DNA of 64,000 bases, taken from the NCBI GenBank assembly GCA_027923505.1, contig BROI01000001.1, positions 248,001 to 312,000 of the forward strand. Reading direction: 5' to 3'. The translations under genes and the position numbers were made by a program. The stretch comes from Mayamaea pseudoterrestris (taxonomy: Eukaryota). Positions 21,901 to 34,125 of the stretch are shown one piece after another; position 1 is the stretch's first letter; every line of letters begins with the position of its first letter. The notes beneath the pieces are model-generated. The model saw nothing but the letters and a program-made list of their open reading frames with translations. It was not told where the DNA came from and ran no database searches.

Positions 21901-24900
21901 CAGATGTCGCCCAGTTCCTCTTGAAAAACAAGGACAATTTTGAGAAGGCCATGATCGGAGAGTACCTAGGGCGCGAGCCTGAGTACCAAGGAGGGTTTTC
22001 TTTGAAAGTTCTCCATGAGTACGTTCGCCTTATTGACTTTGAGGGACTCGGTTTTGATGATGGCATTAGATTGTTTTTAAGTGGGTTTCGTCTTCCTGGC
22101 GAGGCTCAAAAGGTAAATTAATGACAGGATTGTAGGAACAGTGTTCATGTCCAGCGTCCTTACCGCTGCTTCGCCATCTTTAACAGATTGACCGTATCAT
22201 GGAAAAATTTGCAGAGCGATACACGGAGCAGAATCCTTTAGTCTTTCCCAGTGCCGATACCGCCTTCATCTTGGCATTTTCAGTCATCATGTTGAACACT
22301 GATCTCCACAATCCTGCAATCAAGGAAGACCGGCGAATGACGAAGGATGGATTTGTACGAAATAATCGAGGAATTTGTGACGGTCAGGATTTGCCTGAGG
22401 AGTTATTGCATAGCATTTTTGATCGTATCAAGGAGAACCCCATCAGTTTGAAGGAGGATGACGAGGCAAGACAGCGAGTGGGGAAGCCGAGCGGCGGAAT
22501 TGCATCTTCGCTCGGTCCAGCGTCTTTTTTTGCGAGTCACTACGAAGAAATGGATCGTGCTCGAGAAAGTAATTTTCAAAAAGAGAGAGACCATATAGTG
22601 CGTACAACTGAGGCACTTTTGAAACGCCGGCGCCACGGCCAAGATCATTCGTCAAGCAAGTTACAAAGCAAGTCACGACCAGAGAAACAACCGAGACCGA
22701 TTTCGCGATTTGTTCGCACAGAAGATAGTGGTCTTCGTGACGAATACGTGTCTCCAATGTTTGATGTGGCGTGGGGAGCTGCTCTGGCTGCCTTCTCTAC
22801 CGCCATGGAGTCGGCTAACGGGACGGTCGGTGCACTCATCGCCATTGCGTCAGACGAAGAGCTTGAATTTGCTGCTGAAAATGCGGCGGAGACAATTGAA
22901 GTCTGTTTGACTGGATTCAGATTTGCAATATGCACTGCGGGTTTATGCGGCAATCACGTTGCGCGAGACGCCTTTGTTCTCGCCCTGAGTCGTTTTTCAC
23001 AGCTTGGAACTGGTGCACTCCTGGAACCACGTCATGTCCGCTGCATTCAGACGATGATGAGTTTGGCGCGTGAAGATGGCGAGCTACTCGGTCCATCCTG
23101 GGAACACTTCTTTAGAGCACTCAGCGAAATCAACCGCTTTCATCAGCTCTTCAACATAATGGCGCGCAACGACAGGGCAGCTGCGGCAGCGGCTGCAAGG
23201 CGTCAGAAAAAGCGAGACGAACGAGAAAGGAGGCGACGTGATCGTGAGGCACGTCGAGCGGCAGAAGAAGAAGGAGATTCTGTTACCGATGCTGGTGCGT
23301 CGGAAGGATTTGAAGACGAGAGCGAAACTGATGATTCACTTGCAGAGTCTGGTCTTTTTGACGAGGCTGATGACTTTCCGTTTGAAGAAGATATGGATGC
23401 AAGAGCAATCGACGAATCCAATGCTCGCGTTGTGTACGACGCCGTGTCCGAGACGGTAATTGAGGCAATTTACGAAAGGTCATCGTCTCTCAGTGAGCAG
23501 GCGATCAAGGATTTCACCAAGCAGCTCTGCTTTGTTTCTCGAAGTGAAATTTCTGTTGGAGGTGCCAACCTTCTTTACAATAATAAGGGTGGCGACCAGT
23601 TTCACCATAATCAGGTAAATATATACTGCCTACAAAAGCTTGTCGAAGTTGCGCACTACAACATGGAATCGCGTTCGCGCCTGGTGTTTTCCGACCTCTG
23701 GACGATTGTGGCTGATCATTTGACCTTTGCAGCTTTGCATTTTAACCCTGCCATTGCGATGTATGCAGTCGATTCGTTTCGGCAGCTGAGTATTCAGTAC
23801 TTAAAGAGGGACGAGCTTGAGGTATTTGAGTTCCAAAAGCGCTTTTTGAAGCCACTTGACGTTATCATGGCTCGCAGCGAACAGGTTAGCACGAAGGAAC
23901 TCTTGCTAAATTGTGTTGATCGAATCATTCTTGTTTTCAAGACTGATGCATCGACGAGCAGCAGCGGCAATTTAGCGCAACGCAAGGGCGGACTTAGAAG
24001 TGGGTGGATGCCGATCTTGAGTATTCTTGGCCTTGGAGGATTAGATTCAAACCGAGACATAGCCAAGCAGAGCTTTAAAATTCTCATGGACGAGATAAAA
24101 CTCTGCCTCAAGGAAACCGAACATCCTGGAGTTTTGTTAAGCGAGCACTTTGTGGAAACTGTGACAGCTATCTTCATGTTCATAGCCGGCCCTCATGAAG
24201 ACATAGGTCGTAGAGCTTTGGAACATTTGACAAAATTAACCGAGTATCTTGTGAAAGAAGATGTTAGCATGCCCCAAGTGCGTCGGAGAGCTTCGATCAT
24301 ACCTGTGGGTAGTGGCCACGGACCAGGCAACAACATGAACGAAGATCTTGAGCTTTGGTGGCCTATTCTATTGGGGCTCTCGCGCGCTGTGGGCGATTTG
24401 CGTCCAGAGTTACGTTCGAGGGCACTCGAGACATTAATACAAGTGATCACGAGTTATTTCTTCCCTTCCGATCCAGACGTTAATACCACGAAACGCAGAA
24501 CGGCCCACGATGATATTCAAACCCTTCAGATTGTATTTAGAGGCATACTATTTCCAATTTTGGAAAACGCGGAACTCGGCTCGGACGAAGGCGATGTCCC
24601 TGTACTTCCCGAAGACTTTGAGCGCTTTCTTACAAAATTGGACGATCAAAAGACGGAAGGGACCGGAGCCGTGGAGGATGTCACGTCGACTGGTTGGCTT
24701 GAGACGATGTTTGATTCATTCATGGATGCTTGCATCTCTTTGTGTCTGCGATCAATCCTGGTGTTCAAAAAAGACTTGCTCGTCGAGGAGGTTCTTGCCT
24801 TGTTGACCAATTGTCTGATGTCTGATTCGGGTGCGCTGGCGGTTCGTGGCTTGCAACGACTTGAGCAATTCATTACTAGCGACCTCAACTCGAGCAATCT

Positions 24901-26440
24901 GGATGACGAGAAATGGGGTGCCATCAGCCACATGCTACGACGATGCCTTTTTGTTCGCAATCTTCCTCCGATCCGCGCATCTGCGAAAGCCGCCGATGCA
25001 CAGTCAGAAGATGAGGCAACGGTCAAGGCAAACCAAGAAGAATACGAGGAGTCCGTTCAAGAGTTCGTATCGGATGATATACATTTTGCGGACCGCCGAT
25101 ACATTCCCAGCAATGCGACAATGGTGATTGGCATGCTTCTTAGCAGTGATCGCTTCTCGATAGGACTCCGTTGGCGCCTGTTTCTTGTGGCTGGTCTTGG
25201 GCGCGGAATTGTCGAATGGGAGCGCGCGGCGATGATTCTCGAACAAGACGCTAAAGCAAAGGTCACATCAGACATTGTGCCGCCAAGCTACTTTGAGACG
25301 GCGATGTATGGACGCCGATGGATGAATCGATTTATTTTGCAACTCGTATCTACGAAAGAGATTGCCCAAGCGCCGACAGATGCAGACCCCAAGTCCAATC
25401 GCTTTGCAGCGGGCCAAAAGCTCGTCGCTGATGAGACGCAGCGCCTGCTTGCATATTTCCTAAAAAGCGAAACAACTGTAGCACAGTATCAGCACGATGC
25501 ACGAGACGATGCTCGTCATGTCAGATTTACAACGCTCGTCAACGAGTTGCTATCGGGTTACAACAAGATGGACGGCGAGCACTTAAAAGACATTGCGTGG
25601 ATCAATCCAATCCTCCTTGGGACTTGCATCCAGTCAAAGAACGAGGATATTCGTCTAGCTGTACAGAAGCTTGTTCAGCGAACTGCCCCAAAGCCGACTC
25701 CGTATCCTGCTCCAACAACCCCCGAATCTCGTGGGCAGAAATCACCTGCCGCAACTCCAGATGCAACTCAAGAACCGGTTATCGAACAAGAGATCGATGA
25801 AGGCGTTGAACATGTTGTCGAACATGCAGACTCTTTAACAATTGTGGAGGACGCTGATACTTCTTTGGAAGTTTTCGATGCAGTTCAAGCGGATGGCAAT
25901 GCTGAACATCTAAACGAATCGACTCTTGAGCAACAAGACACTAGTGTTGCTAAAGACGAGGATCAAGTAGTTTTTACTGCGGACACTGTATCATCAAATG
26001 GAGACGAGCAGGAACTTGAATTGACGATCGAGAATGTCCAACCACCAAGGCCAAGTAGCCCAGTGGCGACTATTCTTTCGCAACTTCCAGAAGACTACTT
26101 TGAGCGAGCCGAGCTCATGGACTTTGCGCCGCTTGACCAAGTAGCGGAAGCCTTTCGCAAGCCGTCGACGTATGTGTTGGATATTCGTAATGACGATGAA
26201 ATTGAAATGCATGGTCACGTGGACCATCCAAACTGGAAGCAATGCCCAGGAACGCCCGCCGATAATGAACTTTTGTCGACAAACCCCGAGGCATTTGTTC
26301 CAGACAGAAATGCTACTATTATCGTCTACTGCCGGTCGGGCCGCCGAAGCAATCGCGCCAAGAAGGTATTGCTTGAGCAAGGCTACACTGGACTGATTCT
26401 GAACGCTGGCGGCCATGATGACATCAAGACAATTGTTTAA
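18921..26440 (+). CDS. BIG/GBF-type Sec7 ARF guanine-nucleotide exchange factor with C-terminal rhodanese domain; 2 exons 18921-22112, 22187-26440, 2481 aa
   Basis: DCB/HUS motifs (RDAFLVLRAICKLS, FLNYDCD). Removing intron 22113-22186 restores Sec7 FRLPGEAQK|IDRIMEKF. Also IMLNTDLHNP, LQKLVEVAHYNM, YAVDSFRQL, GLRSGW. Terminal YVLDIR...IIVYCRSGRRS...LNAGG. Confidence 0.92.
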
Positions 26441-26672
26441 AAGTTTAAACTACATGCAAGTTATTTAATCGAGTAGTTACGTCTACAGCACGGTAGGAAT
26501 TGTCTCTATCTTGGAAACGAGCAGCTATATTTCCTAGCAAATGTCTTTTCATTGCCGCTGACCATTCGGATTTCGCGCGCGCCGTCACGATTTTGCAGCG
26601 TCGAAAACTTGATGCATGCGAATTGTTATCAATGGGTCCATTGCTGTTGTGTTTCTTCGACCATTAGCAAGC

Positions 26673-28164
26673 ATGCCGCGTACTACTCGCAACTCTCCCC
26701 CGCAAATGGCCGCGCCCATGGCGCTGGATGTCTCTTCTACTGAATCATCTGCCAAGAAGCGAGCCGCTCCGGAAACGATTGTTCTTTTGGACGACGACGA
26801 GGACGATTTGACAATGCAGCAACTTGGCGCCCAGTACGAAGCAGCGGCCATGCAGGAGTTTGCGTCGGCTGGGAAGAAGAAGCAGAATAAAGGGCCTGAT
26901 ACTCCGACGACGTTTTTTGGACAGTTATTTCGCCGCACTTCGCGCGGCAAGGCGAAGAAGGAAACTGCAGCTGCAGCAACAAGTACTGGAGCAGTTGCGC
27001 GCGCTACTACCTGCCTCGACGCGATTGACGTGGATGCCATATATATTAATGAGATTATCGATCCATCTGCCTCGTATCGACGAATCCTTGGTCCTCTTCG
27101 ATTTGACTACATTGATTCTTTTCGTCATCATTCCTTTGTCAATGAGAAGCAGTCGCCAAATATGCAAAAGTTGATGCCAAAGCTTTACAAGGAGCTCCTC
27201 GAGTATCGACTCAATCTCCCGAGTGAAGTAACTGGAAGCATTTTTGTTCGAGCATGCGAGTCTCGCATGGATATCATTCGGGCGGTGATCACAGGTGAGA
27301 GTAGATTGCGAGTGATGCGTGAGCGATGCGAACGGCAATATTGATATAACTGCCGCTTGCTATTTAACCAAGCTATTGAATGGCGCGCAACGTTTCTGTC
27401 ATATGATAGTTGAAAAAATTGGAAGGAGCTTTATCTTATACTGTTTTGCCTCCTTAACAGGACCGGACGAGACGCCGTACGCTAATGGCTGCTTCCTCTT
27501 TGACATTTACTTGAATGATTACCCAAAGCTCGCTCCACAGGTCAATTTCCTTACAACGGGAAAAGGAAAAGTGCGATTCAATCCAAACCTTTACAATTGC
27601 GGGAAGTGCTGCTTGAGTCTCCTTGGAACATGGGCTGGGCCAGGATGGGTCGCTAATCAAAGCACGCTCCTGCAAGTTCTAATCAGCATTCAAGGGCTCA
27701 TTCTGGTGAACGAACCTTATTACAATGAACCGGGTTACGAAAACTTCAAAAACACCGATGCGGGCAAAGTGGCATCGGAAGCTTACTCGAAAAACATTCG
27801 CAAATACACGCTTCAATATTCGATTGACGAGTATCTTGATGCGCTGCTGAAGAAGCAGACCAAGCCGCTGGATTACGCAGAGTTTGAGTCAGTCATGGTG
27901 CAACACTTTTTGCAGCGCGCTCAAGCCATTTGCTTGATGATGGACGAATGGGTCGAAAATGACAAGAAGTTGACAAATTTGGCAGACGGCATTCGCCGCA
28001 AGCTGCTCCAGTTGGCCGAGGAGCATGGTGAACAACAAGAAGAAAACGCGATTCATGCAGCGGCGTACGCCTTTGATGGCGTATTTGACGACATTTTTGA
28101 CGATGGAGACTTGAAACCAGCCGCGCTCAAGATGGCGCCAGAGATTTTGGAGATTGACGATTGA
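26673..28164 (+). CDS. Ubiquitin-conjugating enzyme, BIRC6/UBE2Z-like UBC domain; 2 exons 26673-27294, 27461-28164, 441 aa
   Basis: Intron 27295-27460 removal gives RAVITG|PDETPYANGCFLFDIYL. Also VRFNPNLYNCGKCCLSLLGTW, STLLQVLISIQGLIL, EPYYNEPG. Confidence 0.9.
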
Positions 28165-28333
28165 AGAGACTTGTCTCGTTCGCATGTAGAATGGTATGTG
28201 CTTGTCTCGCCGTCCACAGTAGCAAAAGGACACACCAATTATATACAAATTTATGTAACATGTTCGCTTATTGTATGTATGAAGATAGAGAAGAGTTTTG
28301 ACAGCATGTTGTGAGACGACGAGACTTGACTGC

Positions 28334-29536
28334 TCACTCCGCCACCATACAACCAGTTCCCATAGATGAACATGCTCGGTGCGTTAAACTGGCCAGTCTT
28401 CGCGTATGCCGAGTGCTTCGAGATCCCCACAAAACGTTGTTAACAACGGCCGAACTACTCGTATTCGCCTTGAGCCCTGGCAATCCAACGAGCATCATGG
28501 TCATGTTGTCGCGACTATTGCGTTCCAAGCAAGTATCAAGTGCCTCCTCGCAAATGTTACCGAGATCCGTTTCACCTTCCGCTAGTAGTGACTGGACGAA
28601 CTCTGTACATTGCTTATTACTTGCAACATCCCAAATGCCGTCGCACGCAATCACAATAAACTCATCACCCAGTGTGTCTCGCGGATACACAATTAAATCA
28701 GGAATGACAGCCACTCGTTGCTTTTCAATAGATAAATTCTTGTCCTGCTTGTAGGCAAAGTCTCCAAACGCCCGACTCACGGCTAAATCGCCGTCAACGC
28801 GCTTGGCCTTGACCGATCCGCCAGCATTCGTAATGCGCCGTCGTTCGGGAACGTCAGATGGCTTGTGATCAAAACTCAAGGGAAGCACCTTGCCGTGTCG
28901 TCGAAGAACAGCTCTCGAGTCTCCAGTATTGGCGCATATTATATGGGAAGGCGTGAGTACAACCACTACTCCAGTCGACCCGGAACGTTCCACAACTTGA
29001 TGGGTATTGGTGGGCGTTGCGGGCGGTGTCGTTGTGTTTAGTTCACTCTCATCCAGTAATTTGGGAGCTGCAAGCTTGCCTTCTAATATTTGACGATTGC
29101 GCTCCTGCTGAAGGGGAATGAGCTCCTGATCAAGCTCCATAAAGGTTCGTATAAGTGCTTGCCGCAAAAGCTGAATGCCAGTGACATCAGATCGACTCTT
29201 CATGCCTGTTCGAGGCAGCTGCGAGTATTTTGCAAGCTCGGCGCGATTCGAAAGGACACGAAGAAAGTTTTGTTCCAAATAGTTGGATGTAAAGTCGCCG
29301 CCATGGCCATCAAAGACGCAAAATACGGAATGATCGGCTAGAAAATCGGCGCCATTGGCAATCGGCAGCGAGTCGCTTTGCAAATGACGATCCTCCATGG
29401 TATTCCGCAAGCCCTGCATTCCAGAGACGGCATATCGAATGTTTTGTGTCGCTGATGCTCCTCGGTCGGTTCGCTTTGTTGTAATTGGTTGTCCTTGTTG
29501 AGGGTTGGATGCGCCTCCGGAAGCTGTGTTTCCCAT
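28334..29536 (-). CDS. Protein phosphatase 2C (PPM family), probable N-myristoylation
   Basis: MQGLRNTMED, VFDGHGG, ANTGDSR, DHKP, LAVSRAFGD, IACDGIWD, SRDNMT. First ATG 29536 gives MGNTAS. Confidence 0.95.
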   Translation of the reverse strand: MGNTASGGASNPQQGQPITTKRTDRGASATQNIRYAVSGMQGLRNTMEDRHLQSDSLPIANGADFLADHSVFCVFDGHGGDFTSNYLEQNFLRVLSNRAELAKYSQLPRTGMKSRSDVTGIQLLRQALIRTFMELDQELIPLQQERNRQILEGKLAAPKLLDESELNTTTPPATPTNTHQVVERSGSTGVVVVLTPSHIICANTGDSRAVLRRHGKVLPLSFDHKPSDVPERRRITNAGGSVKAKRVDGDLAVSRAFGDFAYKQDKNLSIEKQRVAVIPDLIVYPRDTLGDEFIVIACDGIWDVASNKQCTEFVQSLLAEGETDLGNICEEALDTCLERNSRDNMTMMLVGLPGLKANTSSSAVVNNVLWGSRSTRHTRRLASLTHRACSSMGTGCMVAE

Positions 29537-30169
29537 GTTGATTGACAGCGAATTTTTTACAACAAGCACTTAAATGTTGGCAGCACTGAATGTAATGGGC
29601 ACTACTATATACTTCTGGTTGCTCGAGTCAAGTCAAAGCAAAGGCAAGCAAGCTGAAAGTCGAAGGAGAGAGAGGACGGTGAATGGGTTGTCCTTTCGAA
29701 ACAATCTTGCTCAACGCCCTCGAAACGCTCACATATAAGCCCCAACCAGAATTCGGCGAATGAGGGCAATAACAATTATATCACTTGTGAGCTCCGCATG
29801 GTATCCACGACCGTTGAACGTCGCATGACACGATCACTTACTCGTTGACTGACGAATGCCTAATGCAGCTATTTCCGCGCTGCCAATCTCCTGCAGAGGG
29901 AAACAGGCGTGAATCGACAAACGTATCATGGCGGAAATCTGAGCCAGCCTTGTTCTTACAAGTAAATTTGTCGACAAAAAATTGCAATCTACATTGTGGG
30001 TTTCATTCTCAAGATCTCACGGAAGCAATCAGCAGCGATCCAACAAAAAGTAAGCAACAAATTTCGAGCTGGAACTTTCAAGTTAATAGGTGTCTACTTC
30101 ACCTAAACATCTGACATGAATTGCCTTGCGCAATACCACACATTACATCAACATCGTCCACCAAACATC

Positions 30170-30781
30170 ATGAAGATCAACCTCACCAACGCGATTAACC
30201 GTCGCAAGAGCACCAGAAACTCGTTAAATGCAGCAGCAGCTGGCAACGAGGATGAGGTCAAGCCTAAACCCAACGGGAGTAGCGCCCGCAAGCCCAAGGC
30301 TGCATTGGCGGAAAGCGAGGCTTTGACTGGAAAAGAACCATACAAGATTCCAATAGTTAACATTCGTGCCACTCGGAGCAAGGCCAAAGCGGATGAAGTG
30401 CCCATGGAGACTGAAGCTCCCGCTTCCGCTGCTGCCCCCGCCTCTGAAAAAGTGACAAAGAACAAGACGAAGGGCAAGGCCAAGCCGACTGACGTTCCCG
30501 CGAAAACTCAAAGCAAAGAGGCTGTCAAGGAGGTGGATACCAAGGAATCGGAAACAAAGGCCAATGCGGCTGCAGCGGACAACTCTAAGACTGACGAAAT
30601 TGAAGCTGCGTTGGCAGCTATGGATTTAACCGACAAAAAAGACCAGAATATGGACACTGATGAGGGCGATGCTGCTCCTGTTGCGGAACGCAAAACGCGC
30701 TTTGGTCGAAAGTTGCTGACACCAAAAAAGTACAAGGACTACATTCTCGGGGCCGCGCGCCGTGATGTAAAAACCGAGTAG
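30170..30781 (+). CDS. Hypothetical K/A/E-rich disordered protein
   Basis: About 200-codon ORF with protein-like composition and basic termini. Start could be 30116 or 30170. Confidence 0.55.
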   Translation: MKINLTNAINRRKSTRNSLNAAAAGNEDEVKPKPNGSSARKPKAALAESEALTGKEPYKIPIVNIRATRSKAKADEVPMETEAPASAAAPASEKVTKNKTKGKAKPTDVPAKTQSKEAVKEVDTKESETKANAAAADNSKTDEIEAALAAMDLTDKKDQNMDTDEGDAAPVAERKTRFGRKLLTPKKYKDYILGAARRDVKTE

Positions 30782-31019
30782 ACGAAACTCCAAGAATAGT
30801 TTGTTGTGTTGGTTCGACTTTATTACAAGACTTGCCTTTGTTCCCTCTTGTCGCCAAGTCTTTGTCACGAGCTGCAATTGTACCATCGCAAGGTGTATCT
30901 AATCTGCAAGGTCAATTCATATTACTTAAATGATCCTCTCACCGCCTGTGCATGCCAACCGCAGCCGCAGCGTATAGTCACCCACCCCAAGTTATAGCAT
31001 CAGCAAGGTATTATTGCTG

Positions 31020-32456
31020 TTATATATTCACTGGCCACTCAACTCCAGTAGTTTGTTGACTAGTCTCCCATAGCGCATGGGCTGCAGCTGCTGCATCTCC
31101 ATCGTTGTATGGCAGTCGTGGCCGACCAACGCGTGCCCCAGCAAAGGGCCCCATGATTTCAGCGAGCGTATGGAACGCGTTGCGAATCGTTGAGAAACGC
31201 CGCTCATCGTCGTTGCTATCTTGTAGAGGAATAGGATAGGGTTGCAGGTACAAGGATTGCAGGTTGTTCGCCTTGTCTGGCTGCGGCAAGTTTCCTACCG
31301 CCGCCGCAACAACAACGGCCGCTCCTTCCTCGGGCGTCAAGTAAAATATTCGAAATAAACAAGCTAGCCAGCTTGGCATGGACCTCCAAATGTCAGAGTT
31401 GCTGTGTTCATGCAACGACGATAACAAACGTGAGACATTGAAACGAGTACGGACCACGTAAAAAGAGCGCAAGAGCACACACACAACAACTTATAATACA
31501 TACACTGCACCTGGATTCACCGCGACAGCTCGAACACCAGCCACTCCATATCGACGATTGAGCTCATGACTGAACAAGATCATGGCCAGCTTGGACATGG
31601 CGTAGGTATTGTCGGACAGCGAAGGAACGCCTTGCATGACTTGCTGCCAAACGTGCGGCGATGCAACGTTCACATGACTGCCCACAAAGTGATGCATGAT
31701 GCTACTGAGATTGACAATGCGAGCTGCTTTGCTTTCCAATAGTTGATGTCGCATCAACTCGGCGGTGAGTTGATAGTGTCCGAGAAAGTTTGCCTGGAAC
31801 AAACCGTTGCGATGAGTGGTGGTGGAGTCGTCGTCGCTACTCTCGGGATGCGTGTTGCGACCCGCGTTGTTGACAAGCACGTCAATCTTGTAGCCTTGCT
31901 GCTTTACATCTTTGACAAATTGCGATATACTTTCAGGAACTGTCAAGTCAAGCGGCGTTGAAAGAACAATGGCTTGTGCAACATGCTCATGGCTCTTCGT
32001 TTCACCTCGCGCCGATCCATTAATTCGTTTCGCCGCAGCCAACGCCTTGTCACGCGACCGACATGCCAGAATAACGGATACATGATGATTCTGAACCAAT
32101 GCTCGCGCCGTTTCGTATCCGATTCCAGTGTTGGCACCAGTGACAATGGCGAAACGAGGTGATATTGTTGCTTGATGCGGAAATTGGATCATTGGCGAGT
32201 GCGACGACGTATCTTCATTTTCCAAACGAAGCAGCCTCGTCTTTGAGTATCGCACAACCGGAAACACTGCTCGAGCCGCCAATGAATAAAAGATGGCCAG
32301 CGGACCAAAGGCGTACGTGAAGGAGTTTGCCGAGTAGTAAAGTGACGACGAAGAAACGTCAGGCATCATCATCATTGCGACGCCAACAACCAGTAGCGGA
32401 ACAATACGAAGCAGTATTTTACGCGTCTGTAATTGGGACGCTGCTATAGGTTTCAT
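31020..32456 (-). CDS. Short-chain dehydrogenase/reductase (retinol dehydrogenase/WWOX-like); 2 exons 32456-31504, 31401-31020, 444 aa
   Basis: TGANTGIG, ILACRS, VNNAG, RIVNLSS, catalytic YAMSK. Intron 31503-31402 removal gives AVNPGAV-NSDIWR. Confidence 0.9.
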
Positions 32457-32746
32457 GCCGGCAAGTAGTGCGATGACAGCTTATCACACTCTTTTTGATG
32501 CTGCGTAAGAGGATCCAGATGGATGAAAAAATCGTCCGATCAGATCTTTCACATCGTAGCGGTTCTCAACGGACACAAGTTTTTAATCTTCCCGCAGCGC
32601 ACCTCCAGGCACATCGGGCATGGTAATCCTAAGCCATGTATCATGTAAGTATGTAAATAGACAAGTAAAGACATAGTAGCTTTTATAATCGTGACTTATC
32701 CATGACAAATGCTTAGACGCAAAACCTTGAGGAAGACAAACAAGGT

Positions 32747-33232
32747 TTACGTTCGCCTAACTGCTGGACTGAACGTGGGCACAGTAGGCGCTGCTGCGGG
32801 CGCTAATGTCGGAAGCGGTGGAACGACGGTAACTACTGGCGCGATAGTCGGAAGTGTCTCGGCAGGGGTAGGTTCGAGTGTTGCTAACGGCGTTGGACTA
32901 GGAGTCATCTTGCTGCCCTTTGCCTTCTTGCTACCCTTTGGCGCCTTTGTTCCCTTGGGACCCTTGCTGCCCTTGGACTTTTTGCTACCCTTGGCGCTCT
33001 TGCTACCCTTTGGTCCCTTGCTGCGCTTTGGCCCCTTGGTACCCTTGGATCTCTGACGCCTTAAGTCGCGAACCCGAAGCCGCACCTGCTCCTCGAGCCG
33101 CGACGACGCGTCAAATTCTTGCAGGTGCGCTTGGCTGTCTTCCGCGGCATTGGCAAGGGTTGTCATGCACGCCAAAAGAAACATGACAGCAATCATGATG
33201 CGCATGCACTTGGATGATCGAAAGCTTGACAT
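32747..33232 (-). CDS. Small secreted Lys/Gly/Ser-repeat protein, silaffin-like candidate
   Basis: Signal peptide (IMIAVMFLLACMTTLANA), RVRDLRR (RXL motif), lysine every third residue 16 times, then a Pro/Thr-rich tail. Confidence 0.75.
   Translation of the reverse strand: MSSFRSSKCMRIMIAVMFLLACMTTLANAAEDSQAHLQEFDASSRLEEQVRLRVRDLRRQRSKGTKGPKRSKGPKGSKSAKGSKKSKGSKGPKGTKAPKGSKKAKGSKMTPSPTPLATLEPTPAETLPTIAPVVTVVPPLPTLAPAAAPTVPTFSPAVRRT
32909..33046 (-). repeat. Degenerate 9-bp coding tandem repeat encoding (KXX)15K
   Basis: Units such as AAGGGTAGC/AAGGGTCCC/AAGGGCAGC on the minus strand. Confidence 0.9.
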
Positions 33233-34125
33233 GATGCTGCGGTTGCGAAACGTGCTGAGGCAATTTGACTCGATGCAAGCAAATTGTGAGATGAGCTAAT
33301 CATACGATCCATTGGCAGCAGAATTTGGCACGGCCGTTGAACGGAGCACATCACGTCCTATGGAGTCAACGGCACATGAGTTGCACCATGTCCGGATCAC
33401 CTTGTTTCGTGAGTACGAACAGGTGCGCGGGCACTGGTTGCAGCAGCGGGTTGGACACATGTTCCGTGAGTGAAAGACGCAAGAAGCATGTGGAGTATAA
33501 CAAAACCGTTGGCATGCAAAAATCTTGCTTAACTCACGTCGCGTGCGCAATCTTGCCAATTCTTTGCGGGTGCGCGCAGAGTCATTACATTTTCGCAAGT
33601 ACCGGTAAATCCAGTGACCCGCTCTGCTTATAGTGATTGATCCCCTACCTGCAGTTAAAGAGTGCTAGCCAGAGCATGATAGTCCGCATCTCAATGCACA
33701 GTATAGAAGTCCTCAAATAGTATTCATGGTTTGTTGTGTAGAAGGATGCCGGACCCTTTCTCATTCGATCATGTCGAAGTTTCGCCTCGCCAAAATGCCT
33801 TCAGTACCGCTCCGATACATGACGTGTCACACCACGAACGGCGACCGTTGCGCCGGTCGAACGCAGACGACCACCATGACAGCCGACCGCCGAAAGACTG
33901 TCAAGCGAACTCAACACTATCATTTGCTAGCCTAGCTGTGACTGCATGCTGCACAAGGCTCTACCAATTTAGACTGCACTGACGTGATTTTGCAATCTTA
34001 AATTCTGGATCCCCAACTGATTTTGTCTGTTTATTTTGGAGTCACGAGGTTCGCTCTGCTGTTCTTGACAGCACTCCGGTCTTTCTTCGAAACGGCACAA
34101 GGCTAGGCTACATTTGTATTGAACC

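Noticed and set aside
30685..30745. RKTRFGRKLLTPKKY resembling retroelement integrase C-terminal motifs
   Set aside because: No other retroelement sequence nearby; more simply a basic NLS-like motif.
33233..34125. Long intergenic region with small ORFs
   Set aside because: No recognisable domains, repeats or RNA structure; treated as divergent promoter and UTR space.
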